Positions 26,319 through 35,503 of a stretch of DNA of 35,503 nucleotides are shown here, one piece after another. This DNA comes from a virus (lineage: Duplodnaviria; Caudoviricetes), in the IMG/VR virus record IMGVR_UViG_3300014656_000079, positions 1 to 35,503 of that record; one strand, written 5' to 3'. Positions within the stretch are counted from its first letter, which is position 1; the number at the start of each line of letters is the position of its first letter. Below the pieces are notes generated by a model, which worked only from the letters and a program-made list of their open reading frames with translations, made no database searches and was not told the origin of the DNA. The translations under genes and the position numbers were made by a program.

Positions 26319-27764
26319 ATGAAAAAAGATTTATTTAGAACTGATATTACTCGTGCTGGAAATGTAAAAGTTAATCGGGAATCTGCTGTTATTAGTGGAT
26401 TTGCTGTTGTCACAAAGGGTGAGACAAAAGACGCGCGGGGTGAATTTGATGATGTCTCTCTTGATTCAGTTATTAAATTGGGTAACAAAGCGAAGTTGGG
26501 AATTAAATCAAGATTTGGGCATCCCAATATGAGCAGTACTGCTCTTGGTACGTTTTTAGGCAGGGTTCGTAATTTTAGGCGTGATGGAGATATTGTTAGA
26601 GCGGATCTTTATATTGATAAGACGGCATTTGAAACACCTGACGGTAACCTTGCGGGGTATGTGCTTAATCTTGCTGAAAGTGATCCAGAGATGTTCGGAG
26701 CATCTATGGTGATTTATTGGGACAAAGAAAAGAGAAAGGTAAACAAAAATGGTAAAGAGCTGCCGTCGTTTATTCGTGTTACTGATCTTTTCTCTGTTGA
26801 TGTGGTTGATGATCCAGCGGCAAATGATGGATTCTTTGGTATGCCATTTTTCTCTGAAAGCGTGCGGCCGTCTGTGGAGATGACATCTTTTCTAGATAAA
26901 TTCCTTAACAATCCTGATGCTGTAGAGAAAACAATCGGGTTTTTGAATAGATATCGTTTGAATAAAGAAACGGAGAATAAATCCAAAAAGGAGGTGAATA
27001 CAGACATGGTGAAAACGGCACTTGCGTATCTTAATGAAGAGGATGCGGTCAAAATTGAAGCTTTATTACGAGAACAATTAGGTAAAGCTGAAGAAGATAA
27101 AAAAGATGAATTAACAGAAGCAATTGATGCTTTAAGCAAAAGGGTTGCGGTTGAGCCTGCGGTTGAGCCTGCGGTTGAGCCTGCGGTTGAGCCTGCGGTT
27201 GAGCCTGCAGCAGATGCGGATGCTGAGCCTGCAGCAGATGCGGATGCTGAGCCTGCAGCAGATGCGGATGCTGAGCCTGCAGCAGATGCAGATGTTGAAC
27301 CCGCAACAGATGCGGATGCTGAGCCTGCAGCAGATGCAGATGTTGAGCCTGCAGCAGATGCGGATGCTGAGCCTGCAGCAGATGCAGATGTTGAGCCTGC
27401 AGTAGATGCAGAGAAATTTTCAAAAGAGAAAGAAGAGGAAATTGCAGCTTTAAAGAAATCTCTTTCAGAAAAAGAAGAGGTTATTATGAATTTAGAGATA
27501 GATAAGAAAGTAGATGAGAAATGGGAGAAAGTTGGCGGTTTAATGTATAAGAAAGAGGATGAATCTTATATTAAGCCAATTTTAAGAAAATCATTTACAA
27601 AAGAAAGCTTAACACCAGAAGAGATCGATCTGCTTATAGAAAAGAAAATGGGCAAGGGAAATCTTTTGAGTGATAGTGAGCCTATTTTAGTAAAAAGTGA
27701 TAAAGCTCAAGACAAAGCATCTATTAGAAAAGAGTTTGGTATTAAGGCTAATAAAAGCAAGTAA
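26319..27764 (+). CDS. prohead protease-scaffold fusion
   Basis: N-domain with RFGH, GASM, SVDVVDDPA; low-complexity linker; coiled-coil C-terminus; precedes decoration and capsid genes. Confidence 0.75.
   Translation: MKKDLFRTDITRAGNVKVNRESAVISGFAVVTKGETKDARGEFDDVSLDSVIKLGNKAKLGIKSRFGHPNMSSTALGTFLGRVRNFRRDGDIVRADLYIDKTAFETPDGNLAGYVLNLAESDPEMFGASMVIYWDKEKRKVNKNGKELPSFIRVTDLFSVDVVDDPAANDGFFGMPFFSESVRPSVEMTSFLDKFLNNPDAVEKTIGFLNRYRLNKETENKSKKEVNTDMVKTALAYLNEEDAVKIEALLREQLGKAEEDKKDELTEAIDALSKRVAVEPAVEPAVEPAVEPAVEPAADADAEPAADADAEPAADADAEPAADADVEPATDADAEPAADADVEPAADADAEPAADADVEPAVDAEKFSKEKEEEIAALKKSLSEKEEVIMNLEIDKKVDEKWEKVGGLMYKKEDESYIKPILRKSFTKESLTPEEIDLLIEKKMGKGNLLSDSEPILVKSDKAQDKASIRKEFGIKANKSK
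27006..27764 (+). CDS. nested in-frame scaffold protein (internal start)
   Basis: AAGGAGGTG at 26988-26996 before in-frame ATG 27006. Confidence 0.55.
   Translation: MVKTALAYLNEEDAVKIEALLREQLGKAEEDKKDELTEAIDALSKRVAVEPAVEPAVEPAVEPAVEPAADADAEPAADADAEPAADADAEPAADADVEPATDADAEPAADADVEPAADADAEPAADADVEPAVDAEKFSKEKEEEIAALKKSLSEKEEVIMNLEIDKKVDEKWEKVGGLMYKKEDESYIKPILRKSFTKESLTPEEIDLLIEKKMGKGNLLSDSEPILVKSDKAQDKASIRKEFGIKANKSK
27147..27410 (+). repeat. coding tandem repeats: 5x12 bp (AVEP) then 8x24 bp (AADAD[AV]EP)
   Basis: GCGGTTGAGCCT x5 at 27147-27206; GCAGCAGATGCRGATGYTGAGCCT-like x8 at 27207-27398. Confidence 0.95.
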
Positions 27765-27805
27765 ATTACTTTACATAAATAATTGAAGGAGGTGAAAAAT
27801 AAGAT

Positions 27806-28204
27806 ATGGAAATTGGAAACATTGAACGTCATTTTGGTGTGCAATTAGCTGCTGGCGTGTCTACCGGCCCTGGTACATTAATGAATGTTAATAGTAGTGG
27901 GACTGGAAGGCTTGCAGATGCAAGTTCGAGTCTTCCTGCACATGGTATTGCATTAACTTCTGGAGCAGGAACAAAGACTGCTGGCATGTCTCAATTTGTT
28001 GCATTATATAGATCAGCTAGAGTAACTAATGTTGATTATACAACTCTGACCATTGGAAACACAGCTTATTTGGGTGAAGATGGGCAGGTAGCAACTACTT
28101 CTGGAGGGTTGGCACAGAATGTAGGTATTTGTTTAAAAACAGATGAAGTTTTCATGGATCTTGATTTACATTTTCCAGCAGATGGAAGACCAAACGTAGC
28201 ATAA
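27806..28204 (+). CDS. capsid decoration/cement protein
   Basis: 132 aa Gly/Ala/Thr-rich, LADA..AHGIAL..AYLG..G; immediately before capsid gene. Confidence 0.65.
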   Translation: MEIGNIERHFGVQLAAGVSTGPGTLMNVNSSGTGRLADASSSLPAHGIALTSGAGTKTAGMSQFVALYRSARVTNVDYTTLTIGNTAYLGEDGQVATTSGGLAQNVGICLKTDEVFMDLDLHFPADGRPNVA

Positions 28205-28233
28205 AAATAAATAAAAAGGAGGTGACGCTATAA

Positions 28234-29244
28234 ATGGCCGTTAGTAATCGTGGTATGACCACTACTGATAACATAGATTTGAATGAAATTCTGTATGGAA
28301 AGATCATTCCTGCTGTTGATACGTATAATGAAGAGGAAGTCTTGGATTTACGCGCTTTGACGTGTACTGATTGGGATGAATCATACAGGAAATTTGCAGC
28401 TTCTAGCAGATGGAAGTTTGATGAGCTGGCTGAAGGAGAATGGCCTGTAGGAAGAAAGATCATATGGGGTAAACGGCAGAAGGATACAAGAAAGTTTGGG
28501 CTTGGAATTCAGTATACGGAAGACTGGTTAGCGTCCAATGATGCTTCGTCAGCAGAGATTGCAAGAATGACTGCTGAAGCTATGGACAGAGACCGCTCTT
28601 TACAGACTACTATTATTCTGGATATCATGTCTACAACAAGTACTGATGGATTTTTTAACGGAGCTTTCAGTACTGGGGAGAACATGACACTTCCGCAGAG
28701 CTATGGAAACAATACTTTCGCTGCTACTCATACGCATTATGTTGCTTCTGGATCAACTACTTTAGCTCTTTCTGATATTACAGCTGCAAAAGATCATCTT
28801 AAAGAACATGGCTACAAACAAAATATTTGGGGTATTTGTAATTCTGATTTTACCAAAAAGGTCGAAGATCTTGCTGGGTGGGCAGCATTATCAAGTACTG
28901 CAACTATTGTAGTTACTCCAGTCGTTGATGATATTTCTATTAATGGATTTAGAGGTAGAATGTTAGGCATTGATTGGTTGGAGACAGAATGGCTGCCGGA
29001 TGATTATTTCTTGCTTATTGGGACTGGAACAGGGCAGAACAAACCAGTTAATTTTATTCAGAAAGCGAATGAAGCTTATCGTGGGCTATTGTTAAGAAAA
29101 GGAGCAAATCCTGATTATCCGATCATTGGATCTGCTTATATTAGATGGTTATCTGCACAGGTGTTATTAAGAGGTGCTGGAGTAATTTATTATTTAGCAT
29201 CAGCTTGGACTGATCCATCTATCACAAGTAATACTGTTACTTAA
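28234..29244 (+). CDS. major capsid protein
   Basis: 336 aa, AAGGAGGT SD, ELAEGE..P and KFGLGI motifs, followed by strong terminator; synteny. Confidence 0.8.
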   Translation: MAVSNRGMTTTDNIDLNEILYGKIIPAVDTYNEEEVLDLRALTCTDWDESYRKFAASSRWKFDELAEGEWPVGRKIIWGKRQKDTRKFGLGIQYTEDWLASNDASSAEIARMTAEAMDRDRSLQTTIILDIMSTTSTDGFFNGAFSTGENMTLPQSYGNNTFAATHTHYVASGSTTLALSDITAAKDHLKEHGYKQNIWGICNSDFTKKVEDLAGWAALSSTATIVVTPVVDDISINGFRGRMLGIDWLETEWLPDDYFLLIGTGTGQNKPVNFIQKANEAYRGLLLRKGANPDYPIIGSAYIRWLSAQVLLRGAGVIYYLASAWTDPSITSNTVT

Positions 29245-29285
29245 CATTTGAAAATAAATAAGATTAGAATAAATTAGAATATAAG

Positions 29286-29330
29286 TAATTTCCTAGAGCC
29301 CTAATAGATAGGGCTCTAGGGAATTATTTT
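29286..29330 (+). terminator. rho-independent terminator after capsid gene
   Basis: 18-bp stem TAATTTCCTAGAGCCCTA/TAGGGCTCTAGGGAATTA then TTTT. Confidence 0.8.
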
Positions 29331-29351
29331 CATAAAAGGAGATTGAGAACA

Positions 29352-29735
29352 ATGGCAGAAAAATATAGAATTATTAAAGGTTTTACTTATAGAGGGCCGG
29401 ATGGTGCAAGTAAAAAGAAGCTTAAGTTAGGGCCTGGAGAGGATATACCTAGGTTAGATCCTAATGAAAGAGAGAGACTTTTATCTCAAGGGAAAATATG
29501 TGCTGTAAGTTCTGGTGGTGAGAATATAAGAACTAAAAAAGTAATTGATTTAAACCCAAAAGAAATTGAAAGAATTTTAGATAAACCTGAGATTGCTATT
29601 AGAAAGATTGTAGAATCAACTAATATTTCTCAAGAGAGTTTAGCAAAGTTGTCTATTCATTTAGAAAAGAAAGGAGCTCCAAAGCATTTAATTGAAGCTA
29701 TAGACAATAAAATGAGCAGTGATAGTAAGGCATAA
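29352..29735 (+). CDS. hypothetical protein
   Basis: AAGGAG SD; typical small post-capsid gene (start could be TTG 29343). Confidence 0.65.
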   Translation: MAEKYRIIKGFTYRGPDGASKKKLKLGPGEDIPRLDPNERERLLSQGKICAVSSGGENIRTKKVIDLNPKEIERILDKPEIAIRKIVESTNISQESLAKLSIHLEKKGAPKHLIEAIDNKMSSDSKA

Positions 29736-29790
29736 TTTTTTTAACTAATACAAACGATTAGATTAGATTTGATAAAAGAAGGGAGTAATT

Positions 29791-32025
29791 ATGTCTGCAG
29801 AAAAGAAGAAATTACTTATCGTTTCAGATAGTCCTACCATTCACAGCGGGTTAGCTCGCTGTTCCCGTGAATTAGCATTTCAATTCCAAGATAAATATGA
29901 GGTTGCTGTTGCAGGGTGGCATCATTATCCAGTAAGACACGACTATCCTTTTTTTATATATTGTTTAAGAAAAGGAACTGGTGAAGAAGCCCGGCAATTG
30001 GAATTTGCCTTAAAAGATTTTAATCCAGATATAATGCTTTTAATTGGTGATCTCTGGGATTTTTCTTATTTAAAAGGATATAAAGATGGCTGGCCTAATA
30101 TAAAAACAGTTGCATGGTGGACTGTTGATGGTGAATATACTAATCTTTCATGGGGAGAGATAGCGAGAGCGTTTGATAGAGTATCGACGTTTTCTTTTTT
30201 TGGTAAAGAGATGTTAAAAATGTATCTACCAGAGAAGGATATTTCTGTTATTTATCCAGGAATTAATACCAATACTTTTAAGCCGGTACAATCAACTTAT
30301 GCTTCAAGTAGTGATTTAATTGATCTTGCGAATAGATTTGTTGTTTTAGTTGTATCTCAAAATACAGATAGAAAGAATATCCCATTAACTATTGAAACTT
30401 TTAAGAAGTTTAGTGAAGGCAAAAGAGATAAAGTTCTTTTATTTATTCTTTCTAATCCTGCAGATGTATTAGGGTATGATCTATGGGCGTTAGTGAGAAG
30501 AGCTAATTTAGGAGAGATTGCTTTAATCACAAAGGATACATCAGTTAGAAAGGGCATTTCTGACCTACAATTAAGTAAGATTATGGATCTATCCACTGTT
30601 TTGGTAAATACATCTATTGGAGAAGGAGGCCCGCCATTTCCTGTGCTAGAAGCAATGGCAACGCATACAATACCGATTACAACTAATTATGCTTCTTCAC
30701 CTGAATATATACAAGATAAAAGAGGTTTTTTAATTGATATTGCAGAATATTTCTGGGGTGTTTATACAATTAGAAGAGCGATTGCATCTGGAGACAGCTT
30801 ATTGCAGCATCTAGAATTATTATATAAAGATTGGAGTACAGACAAAAAAATTATTTCTGAATATAATAAAAACGGCAGGGAGTTTGCAGAGCAATTAACA
30901 TGGAAAAAAACAGCAGATGAATTAGATGCGTTAATAACAGAAAGTTATGTGCCGCATAAAAGAGAATGGATTAAAACGCGTTTACAATTAACAGAGTTAA
31001 GTACTGTTATGGTTATACCAACATGGGGTAAAAATTGCGGCATTGCTGAATATACTAGGAATTTAATTCATTCATTAGAAGATCAAGGGCAAAAGATGTC
31101 TATTTGTCCTTCTAATGATATGAAGAATATTATACAATTTACTAAAGAAAGTAATTTTAATGTTTGTCATATTCAACATGAGTTCTCGTTTTTTCAGGAT
31201 AGATTTGCTTTAGAGCAAGGATTAAAAGATTTAAAATCTTTAGGCGTAAAAGTTATAGTAACGTTGCATTCTTGGTCACCGCATAGAGCGTATAATAAAA
31301 TGCTTATAGAAAATGTAGATACAATTCTTGTGCATTGTGATCAATTCAAACAGAATTTAATGAAAGATGAATTGTATGACAATGTAAAAGTCATTCCTAT
31401 GGGTACATATGGAAAACATATTGTTGATAATGTTAATTCCATAAAAATAAATTTAGGGTTAACAGCTAAAACACCTATTATTGGTTCTTTTGGATTTATG
31501 AGAGAGCAGAAAGGGTATAAAGAAGTTGCTTATGCGATAAGAGCATTAAGAAATCAACATCCTAATATTCATTTTTTACTTGTCGCTCCAAAGCATGAGT
31601 TTGAAAGCGCAAGCTTTAACGAGGATTTCTTTAAATTCTTAGAAACAGAGAAGATGCAGGATCATACGTTAATTATCAGAGAGTTCATGCCGGAGAGAAG
31701 AATGCTTGATGTTTTATCTTGTGTAGATTTATTTGTTTTAAATTATAAATCATCACCAGCAGGAGGCGGGATTTCAGCGGCGATAAAGACATTGTTTAGA
31801 GTGCAGAAGCCAATTATTGTTTCAGATACAATGTATTTCTGGGATTTGAAAAACGAAGTATATAAAGAACAATTAAAAGATTATAATTCAATTGTTCAAT
31901 CAATAACAAATGTTTTAAATGACGAGAAGTTACAAAATACTTTAGTTGAAGAGTCTAATAAATACTTAGAAATAGCAGATTGGAGTGCTGTTGCTCAACA
32001 ACATCTATCAATTTATATGGAGTAA
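29791..32025 (+). CDS. tandem two-domain GT-B (GT4-like) glycosyltransferase
   Basis: SDSP..SG, IYPGI, RKN, GEG..PVLEAMA; second domain CGIAEY, IQHE, FGF..QKG. Confidence 0.9.
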   Translation: MSAEKKKLLIVSDSPTIHSGLARCSRELAFQFQDKYEVAVAGWHHYPVRHDYPFFIYCLRKGTGEEARQLEFALKDFNPDIMLLIGDLWDFSYLKGYKDGWPNIKTVAWWTVDGEYTNLSWGEIARAFDRVSTFSFFGKEMLKMYLPEKDISVIYPGINTNTFKPVQSTYASSSDLIDLANRFVVLVVSQNTDRKNIPLTIETFKKFSEGKRDKVLLFILSNPADVLGYDLWALVRRANLGEIALITKDTSVRKGISDLQLSKIMDLSTVLVNTSIGEGGPPFPVLEAMATHTIPITTNYASSPEYIQDKRGFLIDIAEYFWGVYTIRRAIASGDSLLQHLELLYKDWSTDKKIISEYNKNGREFAEQLTWKKTADELDALITESYVPHKREWIKTRLQLTELSTVMVIPTWGKNCGIAEYTRNLIHSLEDQGQKMSICPSNDMKNIIQFTKESNFNVCHIQHEFSFFQDRFALEQGLKDLKSLGVKVIVTLHSWSPHRAYNKMLIENVDTILVHCDQFKQNLMKDELYDNVKVIPMGTYGKHIVDNVNSIKINLGLTAKTPIIGSFGFMREQKGYKEVAYAIRALRNQHPNIHFLLVAPKHEFESASFNEDFFKFLETEKMQDHTLIIREFMPERRMLDVLSCVDLFVLNYKSSPAGGGISAAIKTLFRVQKPIIVSDTMYFWDLKNEVYKEQLKDYNSIVQSITNVLNDEKLQNTLVEESNKYLEIADWSAVAQQHLSIYME

Positions 32026-32030
32026 ATTTT

Positions 32031-33011
32031 ATGAAAGAAAAAGCTAATATTGCGATTGGTATTCCAACGTATAATTCAGCAGATAGAGTTAATGAGTTAT
32101 TAATTTCATTAAAGCTTTTTACTGATTATCCAGAAGACGGCTATAAAATAGTTTGCTTGGATGACGGCACTCCAGATAAAAGCAAAGTAAATGCTTTAAA
32201 ACAAGTATGCGCAGAGTTTAATGCGCCTTTAATTGAACTCCCAGAAAATAAGGGTATCCCTTACGCTTGGAATCGGTTGACTGAATATTATGATGCTGAG
32301 ATAGTTGTATTGTTAAATGATGATGTAAGGATTTGCAGCTCTGGCTGGCTTAGCGCAGGGGAGTATTTTTTACGTAATAATGAAAAGATTGGAACTGTTG
32401 GGTGGCCGTTAATTCAAGTTGATCCTAATACACAAACTCAGCTCAATAGCTCTAGAGAGTGGGGTTCTGAGCCAGGAAGAGTAGGGTCTGCAGTAGGGAC
32501 ATGTTTTATGTTTTATAAACATAATTGGGAGAAAGTAAAGAACATAGACGGGACAACGGGATTTTGTGAGGCTTTAGGAAGTTTTCATGAGGAGTTATTG
32601 TTTAATTTCAAGTTATATGAGCTAAGTTATTCTTCGTGGATGTTATGTAATAACCCAACTGAGCATTGGCATAGTCGTACATTCAGTTTAAATCCAGAAT
32701 TAACCTGGATGAAATGGTCTGATAAATATTTCTCAAAAGAAGATTTTTTAACTGTAATTGATTCTTCAGAATTATATACACCAGATTGGAGACAGTTATT
32801 AAGAAATAAAATTAATAACGAAGGATTAGTTGACCGTATGGGTTATTCTAGAATGTTGTTTTGGCATATGTATGGGCGCATGGGAAGTTACGATTGTCCT
32901 CAAATTGCTGTACATGATAAATTTGTAACACCACACCCATATCCTGATAAGTTGACATGGCTTGATGCTTCTGGTCAACCAAAGGAGGTTTCCCCTGAAC
33001 ATCGATATTAA
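32031..33011 (+). CDS. GT2 (GT-A) glycosyltransferase
   Basis: IGIPTYN, LDDGT, NKG..AWN, LLNDD. Confidence 0.9.
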   Translation: MKEKANIAIGIPTYNSADRVNELLISLKLFTDYPEDGYKIVCLDDGTPDKSKVNALKQVCAEFNAPLIELPENKGIPYAWNRLTEYYDAEIVVLLNDDVRICSSGWLSAGEYFLRNNEKIGTVGWPLIQVDPNTQTQLNSSREWGSEPGRVGSAVGTCFMFYKHNWEKVKNIDGTTGFCEALGSFHEELLFNFKLYELSYSSWMLCNNPTEHWHSRTFSLNPELTWMKWSDKYFSKEDFLTVIDSSELYTPDWRQLLRNKINNEGLVDRMGYSRMLFWHMYGRMGSYDCPQIAVHDKFVTPHPYPDKLTWLDASGQPKEVSPEHRY

Positions 33012-33603
33012 TATTGGATATGAAAATATTTTAGAAAACTTCCCTAAGTTCGAATATTTCAGTTGTAAACACCCTTATCTTTTAAATTTCAATCTAAAGG
33101 ACAATATCTGTGGTGATCAGCAGCGGGCTTTTTGTCTTTATTGGGCTTTACATCATGCAAAAAAAGGAGAGATAGGATGCGATATCGGCTGTGGCCAGGC
33201 ATGCTCTCCCTGGGCGATTGGAATTGATTCTTACTTTGGAGAATGTCATCCAGAGTATGGCGGCTCTTATCATCCACATTTAACATGGCAGGGGGAGAAG
33301 CTTCCTTTCAATCAAAACACAATGGGGTTTGTTATAGCAGCGCATGTGCTTGAACATATGGACAATACTATTGGTGTTTTAAAAGAATGGATTCGTATTG
33401 TCAAGCCTGGCGGTGGTATTTATATAATTATGCCTGATGCAGCTTATGAGATATTTCAGTGGGATAAATCTCATGTTTCTTTTTATACTGCAAAAGAATT
33501 TAAAGAAGAAATATTAAGTGTTTTATCTGATCTAGTAGAGGTAACAGATTATGATTCTTTCAAAAATCAGTTTTCTTTCAATGTTGCTTTGAAAAAGAAA
33601 TAA
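32995..33603 (+). CDS. class I SAM-dependent methyltransferase
   Basis: DIGCG, HVLEH, RIVKPGG; AAGGAGGT SD points to a CTG start at 32995. Confidence 0.88.
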   Translation: MNIDINIGYENILENFPKFEYFSCKHPYLLNFNLKDNICGDQQRAFCLYWALHHAKKGEIGCDIGCGQACSPWAIGIDSYFGECHPEYGGSYHPHLTWQGEKLPFNQNTMGFVIAAHVLEHMDNTIGVLKEWIRIVKPGGGIYIIMPDAAYEIFQWDKSHVSFYTAKEFKEEILSVLSDLVEVTDYDSFKNQFSFNVALKKK

Positions 33604-33624
33604 AGAGTAAGGAGGTAGAACACG

Positions 33625-34620
33625 TTGAAAGTATTGTACCTAGACCACCCAGAGCAAGATTTTTTGGCATACCAAATTTATGATGGTTTATGTACATTAT
33701 TGGGAGAGGATAATGTAATTGTATATCCAGAAAAAAGATGTTATTGGGGAGCGGTTGATGATTGGTATATTTTAGATGATGGTAAAAGAGGATATACAGC
33801 TCCAGGTGCTTATATGAAAAAAAGAAAGAGAAACACATGGATTATTGAGGAGATAAAAACAAGGCTGCATGAAATAGATTTATTTATTTTAGCATCACCA
33901 AGAACGTATGCGATAAATGCTTTAAAAACTATTAAAGAATTTTGCAATCCGCACCCATTAGTATTTATGGATGGAGAAGATAGTGATATAATAAGAGATG
34001 ATATTATTCAGCAGTTTAGAGTTGATTTTGCTTTTAAAAGAGAGTTATTTCGAAACGAGCCAGGGATATATCCATTACCTTTTTCTTCTGTATGTTATGA
34101 TTATCCTGATAGTTCAATTAAAGATATTGATGTTTTTTATTCTGTAGGATGGACTCATCCATTAAGAGAAAAAGTAAGAGACAAATTAGTAGAGGCAACA
34201 AAGCTTAAAGATTTTAATATTGTTGCCCGATGCAATAGTAAAGATGCTATGATGGGATATAAAGAGTATTTAGATTGTATGTCTCGTGCTAAGATTAATA
34301 TAATATGTCGTGGACATGGTGTGGATACTGTGAGAGCGTGGGAAGCAGTTTCTTTTTCTGGATTAGTTTTATCTGATAGAATAGATTTAGTTATTCCGAA
34401 TGCTTTTACAGAAGGTATTAATATTGACTATTATGATCAGAATAATTTAGATCATTTAGTAGATAAAATTGTCTATTATCTTAAAAATGATGCAGAAAGA
34501 CAATTAATTGGAAAACAAGGAAAAGAGCGGTTGTGTTTATATCATACTTCTGAAAAAAGAGCTCAGTATTTATTAGATATTGTAGATAGAGAAAGGAAAA
34601 TTAATTATGGGGGGAATTGA
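33625..34620 (+). CDS. CgeB/Glyco_trans_1_2-like glycosyltransferase
   Basis: DGED, FKRE, SRAKINI..G.G.DT.R.WE, R..IG..G...HT...RA; TTG start with AAGGAGGT SD. Confidence 0.82.
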   Translation: MKVLYLDHPEQDFLAYQIYDGLCTLLGEDNVIVYPEKRCYWGAVDDWYILDDGKRGYTAPGAYMKKRKRNTWIIEEIKTRLHEIDLFILASPRTYAINALKTIKEFCNPHPLVFMDGEDSDIIRDDIIQQFRVDFAFKRELFRNEPGIYPLPFSSVCYDYPDSSIKDIDVFYSVGWTHPLREKVRDKLVEATKLKDFNIVARCNSKDAMMGYKEYLDCMSRAKINIICRGHGVDTVRAWEAVSFSGLVLSDRIDLVIPNAFTEGINIDYYDQNNLDHLVDKIVYYLKNDAERQLIGKQGKERLCLYHTSEKRAQYLLDIVDRERKINYGGN

Positions 34621-35503
34621 TTTTAATATTCTGCCTGAAAGCCCTGATGATTTTGTATCTGTAATAGTTCCTATTTATAGTATTAATGCAAGAAGTTTAT
34701 TATACACAAAAATGTGTTTATATTATTTATTAAGAAATGGCAGTTATGCGCATGAAGTAATTTTAGTTGATGATGGCAGCAATCAGGAAACGAAAGACTA
34801 CTTGGCTTTTGCAAAAAGCGAATTTGAGGCTAAAAAACGAAAATGTATTTTAATTACTCATGAAAAAAACATAGGATTATCAACTGCGTTAAATAATGGA
34901 TATGAGGCAAGTTCTGGAAAATGGATTGCTGAATTATGTATAGATGTTATTATTCCCTGGGGATGGATGGATTTTCTAGTATATTATTTAAAACATAATG
35001 AACATGTAGGTGTAGTTAGTGGTATAGATTATTTTCACGAAAGTTATTTAAGAGATAATAACGCATGGAAATTAATTGCTAGTGCGCGGGGTAAAGTAGA
35101 GAAATATTGGGATGCTTTATGTGACCATCCTAAAAATTGGGAATTGTATTTTGAGTTTTGTTATGAAGATGCGATGCTGACAGCATATGCTGATAAGGTT
35201 AGAGCGTATACAATGAACTTTGTATCTCCGTATGTTAAAGGAGATCATTGGATGTTTACAAGGAAGGCATTAGCTTCTCTTGGCAGAAGCAGGCCATGGG
35301 ATGAGCATTATAATCCTTTCTGGAGGGATGATAGTGATTTATTAATGTCTTTAGAAAGAGAAGCTGGTTATGAAGGGGTTGCTATTGGTAATGCTTTTGT
35401 ACATCATTTTGGAAGAGGCACATTACAAGCTATTGAGAATAGTGATGCGCTTTTAAAAAAGAATACTGAATATTTCAAGCATAAATGGGGCTTTGAACCA
35501 AAG
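34607..35503 (+). CDS. GT2 glycosyltransferase, 3'-truncated
   Basis: Read manually: VSVIVPIY..VILVDDGS..NIG..ALN..DDSD..FVHHFG..FKHKWG; open to window end. Confidence 0.88.
   Translation, partial: MGGIDFNILPESPDDFVSVIVPIYSINARSLLYTKMCLYYLLRNGSYAHEVILVDDGSNQETKDYLAFAKSEFEAKKRKCILITHEKNIGLSTALNNGYEASSGKWIAELCIDVIIPWGWMDFLVYYLKHNEHVGVVSGIDYFHESYLRDNNAWKLIASARGKVEKYWDALCDHPKNWELYFEFCYEDAMLTAYADKVRAYTMNFVSPYVKGDHWMFTRKALASLGRSRPWDEHYNPFWRDDSDLLMSLEREAGYEGVAIGNAFVHHFGRGTLQAIENSDALLKKNTEYFKHKWGFEPK

Noticed and set aside
26043-26322. Stop-codon reassignment (a frame interrupted only by TGA)
   Set aside because: TGA, TAA and TAG all terminate well-supported genes elsewhere, including many ATGA overlaps; decay explains this region better.
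27147-27410. Possible CRISPR array
   Set aside because: Contiguous 12/24-bp tandem units without unique spacers, in frame within a CDS; no cas genes.
27049-27423. Alternative-frame repeat ORFs (27049-27423 -, 27145-27405 +)
   Set aside because: By-products of the stop-free tandem repeat.

Overview
35.5 kb fragment of a tailed dsDNA bacteriophage or prophage (sigma70-type promoters, strong Shine-Dalgarno sites). Almost all genes are on the + strand. 1-13.6 kb is a dense accessory array of small, translationally coupled ORFs, including a radical SAM enzyme, a lipoprotein, a DHH phosphoesterase and a Fic protein. 13.7-20 kb holds an SMC/SbcC-like ATPase, a complete IS200/IS605 element (tnpA+tnpB, - strand), a DNA methyltransferase, an HTH protein and a spore-photoproduct-lyase-like radical SAM enzyme. 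20-29.3 kb is the head module: intein-containing large terminase, probable portal, protease/scaffold, decoration protein and major capsid protein. 29.8 kb to the end is a glycosyltransferase/methyltransferase cluster directly behind the capsid gene. Most notable: (i) accessory genes are joined by locally repeated RBS-start junction motifs (three families), with tiny 'empty' head-tail ORFs suggesting a junction-based gene-cassette system; (ii) the IS605 element is inserted precisely in one such junction, so its TnpB guide partly matches sister junctions; (iii) a second, solo IS right end has its own promoter (candidate stand-alone omegaRNA); (iv) a large putative virion-glycosylation operon. 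Product calls rest on motifs, synteny and recall, not database searches.
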